64,000 bases of DNA from Limnochordia bacterium (GTDB lineage: Bacteria > Bacillota > Limnochordia > DTU080). Below are positions 58,046 to 64,000 of the stretch, piece after piece. The stretch covers positions 64,001 to 128,000 of the forward strand of contig JBMNJG010000011.1 in assembly GCA_050951545.1 (NCBI GenBank), given 5' to 3'. Each line of letters begins with the position of its first letter. Position 1 is the first letter of the stretch. The position numbers and the translations under genes were made by a program. The notes beneath the pieces were generated by a model. It was not told the DNA's origin, made no database searches, and saw only the letters and a program-made list of their open reading frames with translations.

Positions 58046-58708
58046 TTATCTCGTCGAAGCTCCGCCGAACTCAAGCCCGACTCGAACCATCGAGCCCCCG
58101 ACCCTGGGAAGCCCAGCTATGGTCTGCCCTTGGAACTTCCACTCACCGAGCGTGGCTAGGTAGCAGCCTTCCAGGTTCAGGAAGATGAAATCGTTCATAC
58201 GGATTTTCATCCCTGCTGTGGGTGCCACGACAAGGAAGCTGTTCTCAAAGCGGGTCTCATAGCGGCCTGCGATAGCTTCGTCAAACGTCGGATTGGCCCT
58301 ATGCATCAGCACGAGCTCCGCACCGCCACCTCCAATCAGGAGGCCTCCAGAGAGCATGACAGGTCCCAAAGGAGCAGTGCGCTGGATGCTGAATCCGCCA
58401 AGCGCCGTCTCCAAACGGGCCTCTTGGGTAGGTGTGGTGCTCTTTATCGTGCCTCCACCACCCCAGCCGCCCACGTTCCACGAAAGAGTTCCCCCAGCAC
58501 CACCGCCGCCCATGACCAGCATGTAGTCATCCAGTGGCGCAAACCCTGCTGTCTGCAGGCTGGTATTCAAGGCGCCAAGATCCATAGCCAAACAACCGAC
58601 AAATGCTCCGCCACTGCCATAGGAACCCCTTGCGCTCGCCTGTACTCCCATCCCAGAAGCTAACATCAGGCAGGCGGCTAGACTCACAATGATCCATCCA
58701 TGTTTCAT
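58046..58708 (-). CDS. Secreted Gly-rich protein, probable small outer-membrane beta-barrel
   Basis: Signal peptide; amphipathic Gly-rich strands; near-terminal VRVGLEF. Confidence 0.6.
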   Translation of the reverse strand: MKHGWIIVSLAACLMLASGMGVQASARGSYGSGGAFVGCLAMDLGALNTSLQTAGFAPLDDYMLVMGGGGAGGTLSWNVGGWGGGGTIKSTTPTQEARLETALGGFSIQRTAPLGPVMLSGGLLIGGGGAELVLMHRANPTFDEAIAGRYETRFENSFLVVAPTAGMKIRMNDFIFLNLEGCYLATLGEWKFQGQTIAGLPRVGGSMVRVGLEFGGASTR

Positions 58709-58878
58709 GCGTTAACCTCCTTCTTCGTACAGCCACACCCAGCGGTTGATACCGCAGACTCATTCAATTCCTGACTCTTCCCTCGATTTCCTGTCTGCAA
58801 CGCCCATAAAGGCGTGAAGAACCCGAAGGGAATCTCAGACTAGTAGGGAAGTAGCAGGCACTTCGTAGCTGCAATGTG

Positions 58879-58906
58879 AAAGGCAACAGGCGGACCTGTT
58901 GCCTTT
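58879..58906. terminator. Perfect 12-bp hairpin, bidirectional terminator-like
   Basis: AAAGGCAACAGG-CGGA-CCTGTTGCCTTT. Confidence 0.6.
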
Positions 58907-59120
58907 GGGGAAACCGCAAGTCTCTCTTCGTGATGCCGGGCACACAACGATCTGGCATGCACCACTATAGATGGCTCATTACCTGGCCATGATCTTGCGA
59001 CCATAGCCGAGCAAGTTGCTACCCACAGTGATGGTATGCTCGACCACACAGGATACCTGTGCGACCTCGCACGGCCTCTCGGCGGTGGGAGATCGGCTCC
59101 TATCCGCGGGTGGATAGATT

Positions 59121-59350
59121 GGCTGTGGTACCCGGCGCAGTCTTCGCTCAACCCCATGCGATAGGTTGGGACCCCACTGCAGTCTGAAGGGGACTGTTAG
59201 TGAAGCCTTTCCCAACCGCAAGGGATCTCCCTCCGAGTGCACGCAGACCCGAGGACCCACATGCAGTCTTTGGCCGATCCTGGCAGATCCCGTAACCACT
59301 AGAACCCGCGAGGATCTGGGCTCAACCGCTGCGCACCCGGCACCTACATG
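59121..59350 (+). ncRNA. Candidate 6S-like structured RNA
   Basis: The 5' segment GTGGTACC..GCGCAG pairs with the 3' segment CTGCGC..GGCACCTAC. Internal GGACCCAC and GGGCTCAA recall Firmicute 6S motifs. No credible ORF. Confidence 0.4.
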
Positions 59351-59483
59351 ATACTTCAGAGAGCCATGAAGTATACGCGCCCCGTACCAGCGCCGTGGGG
59401 GCACTCGTGCAGGGGTTCCGGACTTCTGGGTAGAAGTCCCCAGCGAAGTCCGCACGCCTGGAAAACCTGAACGAGGCATTGGA

Positions 59484-60389
59484 GTGACATTGATGGCAAG
59501 AGGAACCCAGACCTCATCGTTTGGTGTAGGCAAGCGAGAGAGCCATGATGCGAGCGAGTTTTACGCAAGAAATATCTACGGTGGCAGTGGGGCAGCGCTG
59601 TTCGAAACGATCGCGGGCACTCCGCTCGAGCGTCGACCTTCAGTTGAGACCCGACCGCTCGAGGAGTGGGCTGATGGCCTTTACTGCCAGTCTTCCGAGG
59701 ACATGATGCAGATACCCGACGGTTCCGTGGCCTTAGCCTTCACATCACCTCCCTACAACTCTGGCAAGGAGTACGATGAAGACCTCAGCCTGCAGGAGTA
59801 TCTCGGGCTCATCAGCCGCGTGGGGACGGAGGTCTACCGGGTGCTCAGACCAGGTGGGCGCTACGTAGTCAATATCGCTAACTTGGGGCGCAAACCCTAC
59901 ATCCCCATGCATGCCTACTTCTACGCTTGCCACATGGCCATTGGCTTCCAGCCCGCCGGAGAGGTGATCTGGCAAAAGGGTCGAGGCGCGAGCGGTAGCT
60001 GCGCCTGGGGCTCATGGATGTCTGCGAAGGCCCCTCGCTTGCGCGATCTTCACGAATACCTGTTGGTCTTCGTGAAGGGCGACTTCTCACGGCCGGACCG
60101 AGGGACAAGCGATATCAGCAAAGAGGAGTTCATGAAGGCCACACTATCGGTGTGGGAGATAGCGCCAGAACGGGCAAGTCGCGTGGGTCATCCGGCTCCG
60201 TTTCCCGTGGAGCTAGCGACGAGAGTAGTGCAGCTATACTCTTACGTGGGCGATGTGGTGCTGGATCCCTTCAATGGTTCTGGGTCCACCACGCTGGCGG
60301 CGGCTATCCATGACAGGCACTATGTTGGCTACGATATCAGTGCAGAGTACTGCGCAATAGCCCAGCGCCGACTGGACGAAGCCAGATAG
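59484..60389 (+). CDS. Orphan beta-class DNA methyltransferase (N4-mC/N6-mA)
   Basis: FTSPPYN (motif IV) precedes HPAPFP and [11 protein letters not shown] (motif I). Confidence 0.92.
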   Translation: MTLMARGTQTSSFGVGKRESHDASEFYARNIYGGSGAALFETIAGTPLERRPSVETRPLEEWADGLYCQSSEDMMQIPDGSVALAFTSPPYNSGKEYDEDLSLQEYLGLISRVGTEVYRVLRPGGRYVVNIANLGRKPYIPMHAYFYACHMAIGFQPAGEVIWQKGRGASGSCAWGSWMSAKAPRLRDLHEYLLVFVKGDFSRPDRGTSDISKEEFMKATLSVWEIAPERASRVGHPAPFPVELATRVVQLYSYVGDVVLDPFNGSGSTTLAAAIHDRHYVGYDISAEYCAIAQRRLDEAR

Positions 60390-60409
60390 ATTCGAGATCA
60401 ACAGGCTAG

Positions 60410-60446
60410 GAGACCATCTCCTTGTACAGGGGGTGGTCTTTTTGTT
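60410..60446 (+). terminator. Intrinsic terminator
   Basis: AGACCATCTCCT...AGGGGGTGGTCT followed by TTTTGTTT. Confidence 0.7.
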
Positions 60447-60536
60447 TGGATGCGCTCCAGCCGTGGTGCGCTGGTATATTTTCGCGTGTAGCGATGAAAG
60501 CTGAAGGGTGGTTGTTGCTCGTAGCGAGGTGTCAAT

Positions 60537-62750
60537 GTGTCCAGAAACGACCTCTTCATAGGCTTGGATATCGGATCGGCTACAGTGAAGATCGTAGGCA
60601 TCAACCGTGATGGTCAGATGGTTGGCGCGCCTGTCTACCTGCGCCATGACGCTTTTGCCAACCATAGCGAGGCAGTAGCGCACGCTATGCGAACCTACCT
60701 GGAATCGGCACCCGGTAGGATCTCGGGAGTTGGTGTGACTGGCAGCGGGCGGAAACTGATAGGCAGCTTGGTAGGAGCTGACCTTGTTCAGACAGAGATC
60801 TTCGCCCATGCCACCGGGGTGATGCATCTGGCTCGAATAGGCGCTATTCGCGACGATGATGGGGAACCGCTAGCCCAAGTGAGATCAGTTATCGAGATCG
60901 GGGGCCAGGATTCCAAACTCATTGTGCTGGACGAACAGGGTCTACCGATCCACTTCAGCATGAACACGATCTGTTCAGCAGGTACTGGTGAGTTCCTCAA
61001 GCAGTTGGCAGATGAAGCCAGCGTTACATTGGAGGATTTCGGGGGTGTGGCTCTTCACAGCACACACCCAGCCAACATAGACGCCACGTGCACCGTCTTT
61101 TCCAAACGCGATTTTCGTCATCTTACCCAAAAAGGGGTGCATCTTGCGGACAGACTGATGGGCGTATGTGAGGCTCTGGCCCGCAACTATGTGAAGACCG
61201 TTATGCGCGGGTATGCTCTGCCTCGGCCCACTGTGTTTCAGGGAGGAGTCGCCCTCAATTCAGCAGTGCGCCGGGCGTTTGAGAAGGTTCTCAATACTCG
61301 CCTTGTCATCACCCCTCATAGCGGTGTTGTCGGAGCATTGGGAATGGCGGTGGCAGTCTTGGAGAGCATGGGCAGTGGTACGGCCAGGCAGAGCCGTTTC
61401 CAGGCAGGCTTCTGTGAGCAGCAGCCAAAGACCCGCCTGCGCTATTGCCATGGATGCCAGAACGCTTGTGATCTGGTTCAGACTCTCGAGGAACGCCATG
61501 GTGAAGTGGTTGTGCTGGCGACCCTGGGGGGGCGTTGCGATGGGTGTCATAATCCTCGCCACGTCCAGGATCAGCCAATGCAGACTCACGCCTTGCGCAT
61601 CCCTGTTGGACGTGAACAGGCTGTTGCAGGACCTGTCCGCCTGTGGTCGCGACCCTCACGTAACTCTGAGGGGCTCTATTTCGCTGGTATCGACGGGGGG
61701 TCGCGAGGCACCAAGTACGCTTTGATACGTAGCACAGGCACGGAGACTGAGATCGTCACTGCTGGCAATGTGGATACTGGTGGCGATGCAGTGCATGCCT
61801 GTCGTAAGGCGCTGTGCTACCTGAAACAGGCGTTGCCTGCGGCGACCTCCTTGGCCGCTATTGCCACAACCGGAAGCGCTGGTGAGCTATTTAGAGACAT
61901 GATCACTGTCCGCACCGAAAAGACAGCAGATGCTCGTCCCACGGAAATTCTTTCGCACTATGCCTGGGCCAGCCACTGGATGCCTCGGGTGGCGACGGTG
62001 ATCGACATCGGCGGGAATGACAACAAGCTCATCGCAGTAAGCGGCAATGGTCTCAGTTTCGCCATGAATGACAAGTGTGCCGCCGGGACAGGTGCTTTCT
62101 TGGAGACTGTGGCCAGGCGTTTTGGCGTGCCCATCGACGCATACGCTGAGGTGGCTCTTCAGTCCCACAATCCCGCACGGATTGCTGGGCGATGCGCTGT
62201 TTTTGGTGAATCAGACATCATACACAAGGCACGTCTGGGCTTTTCGGCCCCGGACTTGCTTCTGGGTGTGGCTTTCGCAGTATGCCGTACGTATCTGGCA
62301 GATGTAGGTCGAGGCATGCTGCGCCTGCCCATTGTCGCCCAGGGTGGAGCTTTTCTTAATGCGGCCGTACAACATGCCTTTCGAGAGACGCTAGGTTTGG
62401 GGGCGCAAGAGTTCGTGGTTTCGGAAAACTCTCACGACGTGCTTTGCGCTGGCGCTTTGGGCGCTGCGCTTATTGCTCGGGGCCGCTGGGAGCAAGGCTA
62501 TGATAGCCACTTCAAAGGCTTTGAACGGGTGCTAACCAGTAAGTACCACACCGTGACTACTACTTGTACTCACAATGCCTGCTCACGGCGGTGCAATGGA
62601 GTGGTGGTGTTACTCGAAGACGGGGTGCCGATCGCTGGTTACAAGGCGATTGACTGCCCGCACGGTTTCTTTTCCGGCATGTTGGTCAATCACAGGCAGC
62701 GCAGCCATGTCACGCGGTTACTGGCAGAAGCGAAAGGACAAGTGGGGTGA
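60537..62750 (+). CDS. 2-hydroxyacyl-CoA dehydratase activase (tandem BadF/BadG/BcrA/BcrD ATPase domains)
   Basis: GLDIGSATVK, IEIGGQDSK and MNTICSAGTG; second copy GIDGGSRGTK, IDIGGNDNK and MNDKCAAGTG; CxxC zinc-ribbon linkers. Confidence 0.9.
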   Translation: MSRNDLFIGLDIGSATVKIVGINRDGQMVGAPVYLRHDAFANHSEAVAHAMRTYLESAPGRISGVGVTGSGRKLIGSLVGADLVQTEIFAHATGVMHLARIGAIRDDDGEPLAQVRSVIEIGGQDSKLIVLDEQGLPIHFSMNTICSAGTGEFLKQLADEASVTLEDFGGVALHSTHPANIDATCTVFSKRDFRHLTQKGVHLADRLMGVCEALARNYVKTVMRGYALPRPTVFQGGVALNSAVRRAFEKVLNTRLVITPHSGVVGALGMAVAVLESMGSGTARQSRFQAGFCEQQPKTRLRYCHGCQNACDLVQTLEERHGEVVVLATLGGRCDGCHNPRHVQDQPMQTHALRIPVGREQAVAGPVRLWSRPSRNSEGLYFAGIDGGSRGTKYALIRSTGTETEIVTAGNVDTGGDAVHACRKALCYLKQALPAATSLAAIATTGSAGELFRDMITVRTEKTADARPTEILSHYAWASHWMPRVATVIDIGGNDNKLIAVSGNGLSFAMNDKCAAGTGAFLETVARRFGVPIDAYAEVALQSHNPARIAGRCAVFGESDIIHKARLGFSAPDLLLGVAFAVCRTYLADVGRGMLRLPIVAQGGAFLNAAVQHAFRETLGLGAQEFVVSENSHDVLCAGALGAALIARGRWEQGYDSHFKGFERVLTSKYHTVTTTCTHNACSRRCNGVVVLLEDGVPIAGYKAIDCPHGFFSGMLVNHRQRSHVTRLLAEAKGQVG

Positions 62751-64000
62751 CGTCGCACGTGGCACTTCAGCGGGGATTCACTCGCCCGGATAAAACCGCC
62801 AAAGTCGGTATTGTGTTGGCTTTTACCGGACACTATCAAGCGGTACAGATTTTGGCACGATTTCTGGAGCTCATGGGTCTCGACGTGGTATCGAGTCAGT
62901 CTACCACCCCAAAGATCATGGAGGCGGGAACCACATTGGCTAGCTCTGATTTGTGCTTGCCGCTTCGAGTTTACGTGGGTCATATCTACCATCTGTTACA
63001 GGAGCATCCCGATCTGGATTTCATCGTTGCTCCGAATGTGCATAGTCCGGACGCGAAGAGCTCTACCTGTGCCAAGTATCGCGATCTGGGTGGCGTAGCC
63101 ATTCGATCCCTAAGTAGCACAGTCTCTTATCTGCAGCAACACGCACCGGGATACTGGGTGGATGAGTTGCACCACTTGGCAGGACCCGGCGTTCCGCCAG
63201 AATCTCACCTGCCACGTTTTCTCATGCCCGCCATCCGTGCCATGGATTCCACTGAAATGCGCAACATCTGCTATGACGTCTACGCAGATATCAGAGGTTG
63301 GTGGCCCCTATCCAAGGCCCGGTTGTGGCTGCCTCGTCGAGACACCGATGTCATCTCAGTGCTAGAGGTTGCCGCTGACCGCGCCTACAACGAGGTGCTC
63401 GCTAGGCGTCTTGATCGCGCGGCTGATCTGCTGCAGGAGACGACGCGGCCACGTCTGGCACTTGTAGGCCGGCCCTATCTCATTTGCGATCCGCTGCTCA
63501 CTTGTGATCTCAAGCGTTGGTTTGCGCAGCGCGGGGTCGCTGTGATCACCGCTCGTGATGTTCCGGAGCATGCACTGAAGACAGATGAGGTGGACGGCTT
63601 CTACGATAGCCACCGAGAAGGTCAGGCCTTCATCGACTGGGCGTATCAGAGAGTGGATGGTGTCGTGTGTGTGGGATGCTTTGGGTGCCACCCCGATGCA
63701 TTTCAGGTCGATTTCCTGGCAGATTACGCTCGTCGTCTGGGGGTTGCCTGCTGGAGCTTCCGCTTCGACGAGTCTGTTAGCCAAGCAGGTTTCCACACCC
63801 GGTTTGAGACGATCCTGACGTTCCTGGAAAAGCGTCGCGATGCTCGGTTGCAGCGCCGTACGCCATCAGTGGTCTTGCCTTTGAAAGAGGGGGAGGCGAA
63901 TGCAGATGCGCCAGATCACTTCCTCTCTCATGAAACCGCCCGAAGACCAGTGTTCTTGTGGCCCTACATGGGTGAGATCCTCAACGTAGTTCTCGAGGAG
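62747..64000 (+). CDS. DUF2229 / dehydratase-activase partner protein (runs off window end)
   Basis: Manual translation from GTG overlapping the previous TGA: KVGIVLAF..SSQSTTPKIMEAG..SDLCLPLRVYVGH..STCAKY..LVGRPYL..GCHPDAF..GFHTRFE. Confidence 0.85.
   Translation, partial: MTSHVALQRGFTRPDKTAKVGIVLAFTGHYQAVQILARFLELMGLDVVSSQSTTPKIMEAGTTLASSDLCLPLRVYVGHIYHLLQEHPDLDFIVAPNVHSPDAKSSTCAKYRDLGGVAIRSLSSTVSYLQQHAPGYWVDELHHLAGPGVPPESHLPRFLMPAIRAMDSTEMRNICYDVYADIRGWWPLSKARLWLPRRDTDVISVLEVAADRAYNEVLARRLDRAADLLQETTRPRLALVGRPYLICDPLLTCDLKRWFAQRGVAVITARDVPEHALKTDEVDGFYDSHREGQAFIDWAYQRVDGVVCVGCFGCHPDAFQVDFLADYARRLGVACWSFRFDESVSQAGFHTRFETILTFLEKRRDARLQRRTPSVVLPLKEGEANADAPDHFLSHETARRPVFLWPYMGEILNVVLEE

Noticed and set aside
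58790-58860. Glycine riboswitch
   Set aside because: Only partial resemblance (CCGAAGG..TCTCAG); lacks the GGAGA core and faces away from the nearest gene.
58979-59533. 184-aa minus-strand ORF
   Set aside because: No RBS or recognisable motifs; overlaps the methylase start and a region better explained as structured RNA.

Overview
About 58-60% GC bacterial DNA (estimated by eye). The host is inferred to be a spore-forming, probably diderm Bacillota/Firmicute (Limnochordia-like): the ABC solute-binding proteins lack a lipobox, there is a beta-barrel-like protein, and there are spore-coat-like genes with a SigK-like promoter. 1-5.7 kb is a small capsid-less integrative element or phage satellite (integrase, CGNR zinc-finger gene, xis, PriCT protein, helicase-like ATPase with an iteron array in its 3' end) that ends at a tRNA-Lys 3' att core. 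5.7-9.1 kb is a second, IS3-truncated element carrying a Doc/Fic toxin pair and ending at a second tRNA-like att core. 9.4-16.8 kb is a decayed zone (IS3, broken SBP, peptidase/permease-like and ECF sigma genes). After that come an RsgA-RNHCP fusion with a structured attenuator-like leader, tandem spore-coat-like paralogues, an amidase lacking its catalytic Glu, a polysaccharide-lyase locus and metabolic genes. The best candidate for an undescribed system is the two-gene operon at 40.36-47.33 kb: a ~1900-aa STAND (NLR-like) ATPase with a 28x EPP repeat linker and a second degenerate STAND module, coupled to a degenerate-STAND protein ending in a HEPN-like RNxxxH motif. The right end holds a sugar-acid catabolic locus, a nucleotidyltransferase pair, rubredoxin/FprA, a structured intergenic RNA candidate (6S-like), an orphan methyltransferase and a CoA-dehydratase activase operon. 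All calls are from reading the sequence by eye; no database searches were run.
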